Shown: piece after piece, positions 1 through 9,005 of the stretch
Layout: every line of letters starts with the position of its first letter
How positions within the stretch are numbered: position 1 is the first letter of the stretch
Source of the DNA: Xanthobacteraceae bacterium
GTDB taxonomy: Bacteria; Pseudomonadota; Alphaproteobacteria; Rhizobiales; Xanthobacteraceae
Length of the DNA stretch: 28,449 bases
Direction: 5' to 3'
Assembly: GCA_028290465.1 (NCBI GenBank)
Contig: JAQGJU010000100.1
Span: 1-28,449 of the forward strand
Notes under the pieces: generated by a model
The model's input: the letters and a program-made list of their open reading frames with translations, nothing else
Database searches by the model: none
What the model was told of the DNA's origin: nothing
Position numbers and translations under genes: made by a program

Positions 1-1
1 C

Positions 2-616
2 AAGCCGCTGCCGCGCGCGGCCCGCAGCGCCGAACGCCGCGAGGCGATCCTGGACGCGGCGCTGGAGGAGTTCTCGGCGAGCGGCTACGCGGCGACGCGG
101 CTCGACGATGTCGCGCGCCGCGCCGACGTCGCCAAGGGCACCATCTATCTGCACTTCGCGGATAAAGAGTCCCTGTTTCAGGAACTGTTGCGCACCATGA
201 TGAGCCCGGTGCTCGGCGCCATCGCGGCCGCGCCAGATGCGAGGCTGCCGATGCGCGCCATCGCCGAGCGGTTCGTCGAGACCTTCGTGCACGAGATCTA
301 CAATACCCGCCGGCGCGACGTGATCCGGCTGATGCTCACCGAAGGTCATCGTTTTCCCGAACTCGCCGAATTCTATTATCTCGAGGTGCTGTCCAAGGCC
401 CTGGGCGGCGTGCGGGCCGTGTTGGCCCGGGCGGCCGAGCCCGGCAATGCGCGGCATGCCGCTCTGGTGGAGTTTCCGCAATTGCTGGTCGCGCCCGGTC
501 TGGTCGCGATCCTATGGAGCGGCCTATTCGAACGGTTTTCTCCACTCGACATCCAAGGCCTGATGCGAGCGCATCTCGATCTGTTGTTCGGTGCGGACGG
601 CGGGAGGCCGGCATGA
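2..616 (+). CDS. TetR/AcrR-family transcriptional regulator (5'-truncated by window edge)
   Basis: Frame 2 reads open from the window edge into track ORF 188..616. Its translation contains the TetR HTH signature RRQAILDAALEEFSASGYAATRLDDVARRADVAKGTIYLHFADKESLFQ. Its stop overlaps the start of the next gene (ATGA at 613-616). Confidence 0.85.
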   Translation, partial: KPLPRAARSAERREAILDAALEEFSASGYAATRLDDVARRADVAKGTIYLHFADKESLFQELLRTMMSPVLGAIAAAPDARLPMRAIAERFVETFVHEIYNTRRRDVIRLMLTEGHRFPELAEFYYLEVLSKALGGVRAVLARAAEPGNARHAALVEFPQLLVAPGLVAILWSGLFERFSPLDIQGLMRAHLDLLFGADGGRPA

Positions 617-1413
617 GACCGATGTCGCGGGCCAGCATTTTCGGCGTGCTCTTCCTGGTGCTGTTGGCAGGCTGCCAGGAGAAGCCGAAGACGCATCAGG
701 GCTGGGTCGAGGCCGATCTGGTGTTCGTCGGCCCCGATGAGGCGGGACGTATTCAGACCCTGGCCGTCAGTCAGGGCGACCGCGTCGAAAAGGACGCGCC
801 GCTGCTGTCGCTCGACGCGGACCTGCAAGATGCCGATGTCGTGTCGGCGACGGCCGCCTTCATCAATGCGCAGCAGACCTTCGATCGCCTGGAGAAATTG
901 GTCAAAACCGGCGCCGGCACGCAAAAGGATCTGGACGCCGCGCAGGCGACGTTGCGCGACACGCAGGCCCGGCTGAACGCCGCGAAGACGCGGCTGGCGC
1001 GCCGCAAGCTGGCAAGCCCGGTCAACGGCGCGGTCGAGCAGGTCTATTACCGTCCAGGCGAAATGGTCCCGGCCGGCAAGCCTGTATTGGCTTTGCTGCC
1101 GCCCGAGAATTTGAAAGTGCGCTTCTTCGTGCCGCAGGCACTGCTGCCGACGCTGTCCATCGGCGACGACATACAGGTGCGCTGCGATGGGTGCGCGGGC
1201 GATCTCACGGCTAAAGTTAGTTTCATCGCGCGCAGCGCCGAATACACGCCGCCGGTGATCTACAGTTTGGAAGAACGCGCCAAGCTGGTGTTCCTGATCG
1301 AGGCGCGGCCGAACAAGCCGGCCGCGTTGCGCGTCGGCCAGCCGGTCGACATCGCGCTTACGGCCAAAGAGACGCCTCCGAAGGAGCGATCTCCGCAGGA
1401 GACAAAGCCGTGA
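613..1413 (+). CDS. HlyD-family membrane-fusion/periplasmic adaptor lipoprotein
   Basis: This is the internal start of track ORF 514..1413 at ATG 613 (MRPMSRASIFGVLFLVLLAGCQ), preceded by GGGAGG. The signal peptide carries an L-A-G-C lipobox. Coiled-coil and barrel-sandwich regions are typical of HlyD_D23/YbhG-like adaptors. It is translationally coupled to both flanking genes. Confidence 0.85.
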   Translation: MRPMSRASIFGVLFLVLLAGCQEKPKTHQGWVEADLVFVGPDEAGRIQTLAVSQGDRVEKDAPLLSLDADLQDADVVSATAAFINAQQTFDRLEKLVKTGAGTQKDLDAAQATLRDTQARLNAAKTRLARRKLASPVNGAVEQVYYRPGEMVPAGKPVLALLPPENLKVRFFVPQALLPTLSIGDDIQVRCDGCAGDLTAKVSFIARSAEYTPPVIYSLEERAKLVFLIEARPNKPAALRVGQPVDIALTAKETPPKERSPQETKP

Positions 1414-2381
1414 CGGAGGCGCCAGACCTTGCGAAAGATGGCATCGCGAAGAATGACATCGCCATCGATGTGCACGGGCTGACCAAGAAGTTCGGCGCCC
1501 GCACCGTCGTGCGCGACCTGTCGATGCAGGTGCGGCGCGGTTCGATCTATGGATTTCTCGGGCCCAACGGGTCCGGCAAGACCACCACCATCCGCATGCT
1601 GTGCGGGCTGCTGACGCCCGATGCCGGCGAGGGCACCTGCCTCGGCTTTAACATCCGCACGCAGGCCGACAAGATCAAGCGCCGCGTCGGCTATATGACG
1701 CAGCGCTTCAGCCTGTACCAGGATCTCTCGGTGCGTGAGAATTTGGAATTCGTCGCGCGCATTTACGGCCTGCCGGATCCGGCAAATGCTGCGCGTGACA
1801 TGATCTCGCGGATCGGCCTGTCGGGCCGTGAGGCGCAACTCGCCGGCGAACTGTCGGGCGGCTGGAAGCAGCGCCTTGCGCTCGGCGCCTGCACGCTCCC
1901 CAGTCCGCAACTGCTGCTGCTCGACGAGCCGACCGCGGGCGTCGATCCGAAGGCGCGGCGCGAGTTCTGGAACGAGATTCATGCGCTGGCGGCCGATGGC
2001 CTCACCGTGCTGGTGTCGACCCATTACATGGACGAGGCCGAGCGCTGTCACGAGATCGCGTATATCGCTTATGGCGAATTGCTGGTGCATGGCACTGTGG
2101 ACGAGGTGATCGCGTCGGCGCATCTGGTGACCTACACGGTGAGCGCGAGCAACGGCGAAGGCTTGGCCAAGATCGCCGATGAACTCAACGGCCGGCCCGG
2201 CATCGACATGGTGGCGCCGTTCGGCAGCAGCCTGCATGTCGGCGGCCGCGATGCTTCGGCGTTGGAGGCCGCGCTGCAATCGTTTCGCGACCGGCCGGGC
2301 CTCGCAATCGAACCCGCCAAGCCGACGCTGGAAGACGTGTTCATCGACCTGATGACGCGGGCGCGGGACAACTTCCAATGA
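1410..2381 (+). CDS. ABC transporter ATP-binding protein (ABC-2 exporter type)
   Basis: Walker A GPNGSGKTT, ABC signature LSGGWKQRL, Walker B LLLLDEPT and H-loop STHYM are all present. The GTG start at 1410 overlaps the upstream stop (GTGA). Confidence 0.9.
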   Translation: MTEAPDLAKDGIAKNDIAIDVHGLTKKFGARTVVRDLSMQVRRGSIYGFLGPNGSGKTTTIRMLCGLLTPDAGEGTCLGFNIRTQADKIKRRVGYMTQRFSLYQDLSVRENLEFVARIYGLPDPANAARDMISRIGLSGREAQLAGELSGGWKQRLALGACTLPSPQLLLLDEPTAGVDPKARREFWNEIHALAADGLTVLVSTHYMDEAERCHEIAYIAYGELLVHGTVDEVIASAHLVTYTVSASNGEGLAKIADELNGRPGIDMVAPFGSSLHVGGRDASALEAALQSFRDRPGLAIEPAKPTLEDVFIDLMTRARDNFQ

Positions 2382-3538
2382 GCCGGATGCTGCCCATGGC
2401 CAAGGACCCGCCGCGCGACCGCGGTTCGTTCTGGCACCGTACCTGGGCGATGCTGGTCAAGGAGTTCATCCAGTTGCGCCGCGACCGCGTGTCGTTCGCC
2501 ATGATCGTGATGCTGCCGCTGATGCAGCTTCTTCTGTTCGGTTACGCCATCAACACCACGCCGCGCGATCTGCCGACCGCGGTGCTGCTGCAGGAGAACA
2601 GCGATCTCGGCCGCTCGATCCTGGCGGCACTGCGTAATACGCAATATTTTAAGATCACCCATCAGGTGACCAGCGAAGCCGAATTCGACAAGGTGCTGGC
2701 GTCGGGTCAGGTGCTGTTCGCGATCGAAATCCCGGCCGGGTTCGAGCGCGCGGTGCGGCGCGGCGAGCGGCCGGCGCTGCTGGTCGCGGCCGACGCGACA
2801 GATCCGGTGGCCGCCGGCTCGGCGATGGGCGCGCTCGGCCAGATCGTGCAGAGCGCGCTGGCGCATGACTACGGATTGCCCGAGGCGGCGGCGCCGCTGT
2901 TCGAATTCCGCGCGCATGCGCGCTACAATCCGGCGGGCGCGACCTATCTCAACATCGTGCCGGGTCTCGTCGGCACCATCCTGACGATGACCATGCTGAT
3001 CTTCACCGCGCTGTCGGTGACCCGCGAGATCGAACGCGGCACCATGGAAAGCCTGCTGGCGATGCCGATCACGCCGGTCGAGATCATGCTCGGCAAGATC
3101 GTGCCCTATGTGCTGGTCGGCTTCGTGCAGGCGGCGCTGATCATCGGCATCGGCGTCCTGTTGTTTGGGGTGCCGGTGATCGGCAGCCTTGGGCTTCTCG
3201 CATTGCTGTCGACGCTGTTCATCACGGCCAATCTGGCGATTGGCTATACATTTTCCACCATCGCCCAGAACCAGTTGCAGGCGATGCAGATGTCGATGAT
3301 GTTCTTCCTGCCGAACATCCTGCTGTCCGGCTTCATGTTCCCGTTCGCCGGCATGCCGGTCTGGGCGCAATGGATCGGCGAGGCGCTGCCGTTGACGCAT
3401 TATCTGCGCATCGTGCGGGCGATCATGCTGAAGGGCGCGACGCTGCCGGATCTGACCTATGATTCATTGGCGCTGGTCGGACTGACGCTGGTCGCGATGA
3501 CCATCGCGGTCTCGCGCTTTCGAAGGACGCTGGACTAG
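2378..3538 (+). CDS. ABC-2 family transporter permease
   Basis: The 386-aa product has a long N-terminal periplasmic loop followed by about six C-terminal TM helices, the typical ABC-2/YbhS-like topology. Its ATG overlaps the ATPase stop (ATGA at 2378..2381). Confidence 0.85.
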   Translation: MSRMLPMAKDPPRDRGSFWHRTWAMLVKEFIQLRRDRVSFAMIVMLPLMQLLLFGYAINTTPRDLPTAVLLQENSDLGRSILAALRNTQYFKITHQVTSEAEFDKVLASGQVLFAIEIPAGFERAVRRGERPALLVAADATDPVAAGSAMGALGQIVQSALAHDYGLPEAAAPLFEFRAHARYNPAGATYLNIVPGLVGTILTMTMLIFTALSVTREIERGTMESLLAMPITPVEIMLGKIVPYVLVGFVQAALIIGIGVLLFGVPVIGSLGLLALLSTLFITANLAIGYTFSTIAQNQLQAMQMSMMFFLPNILLSGFMFPFAGMPVWAQWIGEALPLTHYLRIVRAIMLKGATLPDLTYDSLALVGLTLVAMTIAVSRFRRTLD

Positions 3539-4311
3539 TTGGTCCGCGCGAGCAGGCACGGCGGCGCGCCGTGATTCTTTCGCACCATCGCCGAGAACGC
3601 GCTCGGTGAGGCATAGCCGACCGAACGCGCCGACGCCGCGACGCTGGCGCCGGTCGACAGCAAAGCCAGTCCCTCGATGGCCCGCAGATGCGCGCGCCAT
3701 TCGGCGAAACTTAAACCCGTCTCGGCCCGAAATAGCCGCGCCAGCGTACGCCGGCTGGCGCCGGCTTCCGCCGCCCAATGATCGAGATCGTGGTCGATGG
3801 CCGGTGCATCGAGCAGCGCGCGCACCACCCGCAGCACGCGCGTATCGCGCGGCATCGGCACTGACAGCGGCCGCTCGTGCATGTGGCGGAGTTCGGTCAG
3901 GATTAGCCGCGCGATCTGGCCGCCACGGCCGTCCTCGTCGTAGTCCGGCGGTTCTTCCAAGGCCGCGAGAATCAGCTCGCGCAGCAGCCCGCCGACCTCG
4001 ATGAAGGTCGGGCGCGCCGGCAGCCCTTCGCAGGCCGGTTCGTCGATATAGACCGTGCGCATTTCAACCGGGCTGCGCATCGCCACGCCATGCGGAAACC
4101 GCGACGGCAGCCACAGCGCGCGGGCCGGCGGCACGATCCAGGCGGCGTCTTGCGTCTCCACCCGCATGATGCCGGTGGCGGCGTACAGCAGTTGGCCGCG
4201 CCGGTGCATGTGAAACGGGATTTCCGCCCCAGCCACCCAGGATTTGGCCATCGCGGCCACCGGGCGTGGGGCGTCGTCCAGATTGCGGCGGTAGACGGCT
4301 TTTCTAGCCAT
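3535..4311 (-). CDS. AraC-family transcriptional regulator with N-terminal cupin domain
   Basis: The C-terminal AraC HTH reads RRTLARLFRAETGLSFAEWRAHLRAIEGLALL...SVGYASPSAFSAMVRK. The N-terminal cupin reads HMHRRGQLLYAATGIMRVET. The start is uncertain: ATGs at 4392, 4311 and 4251 all lack a clear SD. I chose 4311 because a 4392 start would leave only 12 bp to the divergent MFS gene. The stop overlaps the permease stop (CTAG at 3535-3538). Confidence 0.7.
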   Translation of the reverse strand: MARKAVYRRNLDDAPRPVAAMAKSWVAGAEIPFHMHRRGQLLYAATGIMRVETQDAAWIVPPARALWLPSRFPHGVAMRSPVEMRTVYIDEPACEGLPARPTFIEVGGLLRELILAALEEPPDYDEDGRGGQIARLILTELRHMHERPLSVPMPRDTRVLRVVRALLDAPAIDHDLDHWAAEAGASRRTLARLFRAETGLSFAEWRAHLRAIEGLALLSTGASVAASARSVGYASPSAFSAMVRKNHGAPPCLLARTN

Positions 4312-4404
4312 GTAGACGGTGGCCCGTTTGCGACGAAATTCGACTGAACATCGCAGATCGGCAAAGCTAGACTGCCCGGACGTTACAGACAAGCCGGTGA
4401 TTCA

Positions 4405-5640
4405 ATGACGACCTTGACCGACAGCGCGACCGACGCGGACGAGCAGGCACGGGTGCGTTCAATTGCGTTCCTGAACTGGGCGCATGCCATCGACCACTAT
4501 GTGATCCTGATCTTCCCGACTTTGGTGATCGGACTGCAGGTGATCTATGGCCGCTCCTATGCGGAGATGATCGCGCTCGGCACCGCGTCGTTCGTTGCGT
4601 TCGGCGTGTTCTCGCTGCCGGCCGGCTGGCTGGCCGACCGTTGGAGCCGGCGCAACATGATGGCGCTGTTTTACTTCGGCTGCGGCGGCTCGCTGGCATT
4701 GGCCGCGTTCGCACCCAATCTCATTCTGCTGGCCGCCGCGCTGTTTCTGTTGGGCGTGTTCGCGGCGATCTATCACCCGGTCGGCATGCCGATGCTGATC
4801 GCGGCCGCGACCAGCCGTGGCCGCACGCTGGCGTTCAACGGCGTGTGCGGCAATGTCGGCGCGGCGCTCGCGGCCGGCATCACGGCGGCGCTGGCGACGT
4901 GGTTCGGCTGGCGCGCAGCGTTCCTGGCGCCGGCAACGCTGTGCCTCGTAACCGGCGTATTGTATCTGCGCATGGTGCCGGATGACGGGCACAAGACCGC
5001 AAGCCGCAGCCAGCAGGCCGACGTGCCGCTCAGCATGCACGTGATGGCGACGATGTTCGGCCTGTTCATCGTGATCGCGCTGTCGGCCGGTCTCGTCTTC
5101 AACATCATTTCGGTGGCGCTGCCGAAGATCGTCGACGAACGGATCGGCGAGAACATGCCGCTGCTACTGGTCGGCGGCGTCGCCACCGCGGTGTTCCTGT
5201 GCGGCGCGCTGGCGCAGCTCGCGATGGGCCGGCTGGTCGAAAAATTTCCGCCGCACTGGTTATTCGCCGGCGTGGCGGCGCTGCAGTTCGCCGGCGTGTG
5301 GTGGGCGGCCCATACTGGCGGCCTGACGTTGCTGCTGGCGCTCGCCGTGTCGATGGCCGCGATCTACGGGCAGGTGACGGTGAACGACGTGGTGATCGCG
5401 CGCTACACCGCGGACGCCTGGCGCGGGCGCGTTTATGCCGTGCGCTATTTCCTCACCTTCGTGTCATCCGGCGCCGCCGTGTCGGCGATCGCGTTCCTGT
5501 ACAGCCGCGGCGGCTTCGATCTGGTGCTCGGAACCACGGCGTTCCTGGCGCTCGGCTTCGTGGTGGCGACCGCCGCCGTCGCGGTGCTGGTGACCGGCGT
5601 TGAAAAGCGCCGGGCGCGGAACTTGCAGGCGGTGGAGTAA
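4405..5640 (+). CDS. MFS transporter
   Basis: The 411-aa product has about 12 predicted TM helices. MFS-like motifs include GWLADRWSRR between TM2 and TM3. It is divergent from the AraC gene. Confidence 0.8.
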   Translation: MTTLTDSATDADEQARVRSIAFLNWAHAIDHYVILIFPTLVIGLQVIYGRSYAEMIALGTASFVAFGVFSLPAGWLADRWSRRNMMALFYFGCGGSLALAAFAPNLILLAAALFLLGVFAAIYHPVGMPMLIAAATSRGRTLAFNGVCGNVGAALAAGITAALATWFGWRAAFLAPATLCLVTGVLYLRMVPDDGHKTASRSQQADVPLSMHVMATMFGLFIVIALSAGLVFNIISVALPKIVDERIGENMPLLLVGGVATAVFLCGALAQLAMGRLVEKFPPHWLFAGVAALQFAGVWWAAHTGGLTLLLALAVSMAAIYGQVTVNDVVIARYTADAWRGRVYAVRYFLTFVSSGAAVSAIAFLYSRGGFDLVLGTTAFLALGFVVATAAVAVLVTGVEKRRARNLQAVE

Positions 5641-5652
5641 TTCTGAACGATA

Positions 5653-5678
5653 AATGCCCGGCCGAGGCGCCGGGCATT
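5653..5678. terminator. Perfect 10-bp-stem hairpin between convergent genes (candidate bidirectional intrinsic terminator)
   Basis: AATGCCCGGC-CGAGGC-GCCGGGCATT lies between the MFS stop (5640) and the DUF4142 stop (5719). A partial T-run follows on the minus-strand side only. Confidence 0.45.
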
Positions 5679-5718
5679 CGCTCGGGAGAACATCGCAGCC
5701 GATGATGCGCCCTTCGCG

Positions 5719-6243
5719 CTATTTCTTCAGGTCTTGCGCCATCTGAAGATGCTCTTTCAGATGCGGCAGATGCTTGCTGGCGAATGCCTTGAGCGCCGGA
5801 TTGTCGCCGCCATTGGCGTAGCGCTCGAACATGTTGACGGCGTCCTTGTGGGCGTCGATCTGATTGTCGTCATACATCTTGTCGAAGTCGCCGCCTTGCG
5901 CCGCTTTCAGCTTGTCGAGCTTGCTCTGGTGGGCGCTGTCCAGCGCCGCTGGGATTTCGGCCTTCACCTTGCCGCCCTGCACCAACGATTTCAGCTCGGT
6001 GGAGGTTTCGGTGTGATCCTTGATCATCTTGGCCGCGAAGGTCTTGCTCTTGGCGTCGGCGCGAGTGTTCGCCAGCTTGCTGGATTCGATCTCGAACATG
6101 TCGCTGATCGCCGCCTGCTTGACGAAATCCTCGGTCTTGGGAGCGATGCCCAATGTCGAATTGACGCCGGTCCGTTCTGGAACCGATTGGGCAAAGGCCG
6201 GGGTGGCCAATAACACGGCCGTTACAAAAACAAATTTGCGCAT
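5719..6243 (-). CDS. DUF4142-domain periplasmic protein
   Basis: A Sec signal peptide MRKFVFVTAVLLATPAFAQ is followed by two helical DUF4142-like repeats (KDHTETSTELKSL... and DAHKDAVNMFERYANGGDNPALKAFASKHLPHLKEHLQMAQ). I chose ATG 6243, which has GGAG 9 nt upstream. The track's 6255 codon is TTG. Confidence 0.7.
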   Translation of the reverse strand: MRKFVFVTAVLLATPAFAQSVPERTGVNSTLGIAPKTEDFVKQAAISDMFEIESSKLANTRADAKSKTFAAKMIKDHTETSTELKSLVQGGKVKAEIPAALDSAHQSKLDKLKAAQGGDFDKMYDDNQIDAHKDAVNMFERYANGGDNPALKAFASKHLPHLKEHLQMAQDLKK

Positions 6244-6415
6244 GGCACGCTCCAATGTGAGAGATCAGATGCCATTAGAATGCGCTACGCCGTCCGGCGT
6301 TCCATTGCACCGGTTGGCTCCGCATATTTTTTAGGCTCGGCTGCGCCGGCTATGTGAAATGCTACATGTCGTTTGGGTGCAACCGGGCACCCGCAGCATT
6401 GCCGCGTTATCGGCG

Positions 6416-6868
6416 CTAAAACAACTTCGGCACCAAATTCTCGACCTTGACGCCGGTGCGTTCGCTGACGATCTCTGCGATGCGCTTGCGGTGGCAATGG
6501 CCGACATCTCGCTCGAAGCACAGCAGGCAGACCTCGCGGCCGGACTTCACCAGCGCGGTCAGCTCGTCGAGTTGTTCCTGTGCCGGCGGCGTCGCGATGT
6601 GCTGTTCGTAAATCCGCCACAGCGTATCGAGGTCGCCCTTGCGGGCGGCGTCGCGGCCTTCCTTCGGCGTGCCGAGCGCCCGCAGATGGATGTACGCGAT
6701 GCCGGTCTCGTCGAGACCGGCGGCAAGCTGTCGCTTTGAAAAGCCGGGTCGGCGCGAGGCCGCGACCGCCCTTGTGTCGACCAGCAGTTCGACGCCGGCG
6801 CGCTTGAGCTCGCCCAGCACGGCGGCGGACGTAGCCTGCTCATAGCCGATGGTGCGCAGCACGGGCAT
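6416..6868 (-). CDS. DUF488-family protein
   Basis: MPVLRTIGYEQATSAAVLGELKRAGVELLVDTRAVAASRRPGFSKRQLAAGLDETGIAYIHLRALGTP matches the DUF488 (YeaO-like) N-terminal pattern TIGHS..L..G...LVDVR..P.SR.P.F. A CAGGAG RBS sits 8 nt upstream. Confidence 0.75.
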   Translation of the reverse strand: MPVLRTIGYEQATSAAVLGELKRAGVELLVDTRAVAASRRPGFSKRQLAAGLDETGIAYIHLRALGTPKEGRDAARKGDLDTLWRIYEQHIATPPAQEQLDELTALVKSGREVCLLCFERDVGHCHRKRIAEIVSERTGVKVENLVPKLF

Positions 6869-7027
6869 ACCGGTAAGCTCCTGAAGCCAGGGGACGTAAC
6901 CTAACTAGCTACCGTCGCGGGCATTTCAACACCACGCACGCGTTGGAACAAAATTAACCATATGCGGGTTACAAGAACCGATGCGGCGCTTCACGGCGTC
7001 GACGAAGTGCGACCACGATAGGAAACG

Positions 7028-7085
7028 GTGACGCCGGATGTACGCGCACCGTGACCCATTCGTGGTCGTTGTCGTTTGGGGCTCT
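7028..7085. repeat. Copy 1 of a ~55-nt imperfect direct repeat (GGTGACGCCGGATGTA core)
   Basis: GGTGACGCCGGATGTACGCGCACCGTGACCCATTCGTGGTCGTTGTCGTTTGGGG lies immediately 3' of the DUF72 stop. It shares an exact 16-mer plus extended similarity (CGTGGTC-TT-CG-TTT-GG) with the locus at 10733..10790. Confidence 0.45.
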
Positions 7086-7087
7086 GG

Positions 7088-7903
7088 TTAGTTCCCAACC
7101 CGCTCAATCATCGCCATCGCGGCGGCCGGCGCGCGTACTTTCCCTTCATGGATGAAGTAGGCGAACACGTCGCGCGGCGCGGCCTTCGGCTTGTTTTTCT
7201 CGTCGACCAGCGGCAGGTCGGCGGGCGCGCCGCCCTTCGCCCAGGCCTGTAGACGCTCCGCCCATTGGTCGAGCGCTTTCGGCTTGTAGCCGGTCTCGAC
7301 CGTGTCTTCGCCCTTTTGCAAGCGCGCATAGATGAAGTCGCCGGTGATATCCGGGATCGCCGGATAGGTCGCGTGCTCGGAGAACACCACCGGCACCTTG
7401 AACTCGCGGAGCAGCGCGATGAATTCCGGCGTACAGAAACTGTCGTGCCGCACTTCGACGACATGGCGCAGCGCGCGGCCATCCAGCTTTTGCGGCAGCA
7501 GTTCGAGGAATGCGCCGAAGTCGGCGGCGTCGAATTTCTTGGTCGGCATGAACTGCCACAGCACCGGGCCGAGCCGGTCCCCCAGCTCCAGCACGCCGGA
7601 ATCGTAGAAGCGCTTCACCGAGTCGCCGGCCTCGGCCAGCACTTTGCGGTTGGTGGCGAAGCGCGGACCCTTGAGCGAGAACACGAAGCCGTCCGGCACT
7701 TCGCTGGCCCATTTGCGGAAGCTCTCGGGCTTCTGCGAGCCGTAATACGTGCCGTTGACCTCGATCGAGGTCAGCTTGCTGGCCGCGTAGGTCAGCTCTT
7801 TCTTCTGCGCCAGGCCCTCGGGATAGAACACCCCGCGCCACGGCTCGAAGGTCCAGCCGCCGATGCCGACGCGGATATGCGCCGCAGCCTTTTTCGTGGT
7901 CAT
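7088..7903 (-). CDS. DUF72-family protein (YecE-like)
   Basis: MTTKKAAAHIRVGIGGWTFEPWRGVFYP matches the characteristic DUF72 N-terminus (G.SGW.Y..W...FYP). The 271-aa product is co-directional with the adjacent DUF488 gene. Confidence 0.8.
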   Translation of the reverse strand: MTTKKAAAHIRVGIGGWTFEPWRGVFYPEGLAQKKELTYAASKLTSIEVNGTYYGSQKPESFRKWASEVPDGFVFSLKGPRFATNRKVLAEAGDSVKRFYDSGVLELGDRLGPVLWQFMPTKKFDAADFGAFLELLPQKLDGRALRHVVEVRHDSFCTPEFIALLREFKVPVVFSEHATYPAIPDITGDFIYARLQKGEDTVETGYKPKALDQWAERLQAWAKGGAPADLPLVDEKNKPKAAPRDVFAYFIHEGKVRAPAAAMAMIERVGN

Positions 7904-8052
7904 GGCAGGACCTCGCGCGGCAATTGCGCTCGTACTGGCATCCGTTCCTGCATGGTGCTGTTAATCTCCCGTGAAGGTCCCATGAATAGCGTAACAGCCC
8001 TGTAGGTACCAGCAGGCCGGACCGTGCGTCCGGGCCTGGTTTGGGTTGTTGC

Positions 8053-8712
8053 ATGAATATCAGTCCCGTCAGCGCGAGTGCGTCCAGCCAGCTATTGCAG
8101 CGGGTGTTCAAGCAGGCTGACAGCGACGCCAGCGGCGGCATATCGAGCGCCGAACTGACCTCGGCGAGCGGTTCCGGCGCCTCATCGACCGATGTGACGG
8201 CCCTCTTCAAAAGCGCGGACAGCAGCAGCGACGGCCGGATTTCCGCCCCGGAACTCAAGTCGGCATTCGACAATATGTCGACCGAAATGCAGAGCGCCCT
8301 GATCAGCGCGCAGGAATCTGCCACGTCCGCAGCCGATACCCTGAAAGCCCTCGCCGAGAGCACGGCCGCCAATGCCGGCATGGCCGGCATGGTGAGCAAC
8401 GGAACGCCGGTTCAAGGCGAACCTCCTGCCCAAGGCGCGCCTCCGGCCCGCCCGGCGGGCGGCGGCGGCGGCGGTGGTGGTGGCAAGACGGAAGAGGCCG
8501 ATCCGGCCGACGCTAACGGCGACGGCGTCGTCACCGCGTCGGAGCAGGCCGCCTATGACAGCAGCCAAGGTGCGGGATCGACAACCAGCACGTCGACTAC
8601 CACCAGTGCCACCGACCAGGCCGACGCTACCGACAGCGCCAAGTCCGCAACAGCCGCTTTGGCAACAAAAGCACTGGCGACAAAAACCGCTTATGCGAGC
8701 CTGACGGCCTGA
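8053..8712 (+). CDS. Acidic low-complexity protein with three EF-hand Ca-binding loops
   Basis: Three canonical 12-residue EF-hand loops are present: DSDASGGISSAE, DSSSDGRISAPE and DANGDGVVTASE. The rest is S/A/T/G-rich, with a Gly9 tract encoded by (GGC)4(GGT)3GGC. The track start at 8041 is TTG, so the first ATG at 8053 is used. There is no N-terminal signal peptide. Confidence 0.6.
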   Translation: MNISPVSASASSQLLQRVFKQADSDASGGISSAELTSASGSGASSTDVTALFKSADSSSDGRISAPELKSAFDNMSTEMQSALISAQESATSAADTLKALAESTAANAGMAGMVSNGTPVQGEPPAQGAPPARPAGGGGGGGGGKTEEADPADANGDGVVTASEQAAYDSSQGAGSTTSTSTTTSATDQADATDSAKSATAALATKALATKTAYASLTA

Positions 8713-9005
8713 TCGGGGTCGCGTTGCCGTCTTGGTTGGCGATTCATCGCGAAATAAAACGCGGTGCATCATCATCACGACGGATATTTTCGTGCGCGGT
8801 TGGTGCGCGGCACTCATATTTAATTGCTTTTTCGCACACGGGCCGTTTGGCCTCTTGCGCTCAAGTTCCGTTTGCATCATAAGCCGCGTCCTTCGCGAGG
8901 CCATGTGTCCGGGCTCGATGAGACCCGGCTGGCGCGGGCCGCTCTGCGGCTTCGTGTTCCGCCAAACGGAGACGATCATGCTTATGCCAAGCATACGATC
9001 ACACT

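Noticed and set aside
1260-3400. Long minus-strand ORFs (372 aa and 422 aa) antisense to the ABC ATPase and permease
   Set aside because: Their R/H/Q/D-rich low-complexity translations are typical antisense-of-GC-rich-CDS artefacts. The plus-strand genes carry Walker and ABC signature motifs and are translationally coupled.
3535-3538. Four-nucleotide overlap of convergent stop codons (CTAG) between the ABC-2 permease and the AraC gene
   Set aside because: This is a real but trivial compaction. Without a terminator between convergent genes it may imply transcriptional interference, but nothing in the sequence lets me go further.
7020-7060. Possible EcfG/ECF-sigma promoter (GGAAC-N16-CGTT) at repeat copy 1
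   Set aside because: The sequence reads GGAAAC...; there is no GGAAC -35 box and no CGTT -10 at the right spacing. Copy 2 has no GGAAC at all.
7146-8399. 417-aa minus ORF and 246-aa plus ORF overlapping the DUF72 and EF-hand genes
   Set aside because: These are shadow frames. The DUF72 frame has the family-defining GGWTF..W...FYP N-terminus, and the EF-hand frame has three canonical Ca-binding loops.
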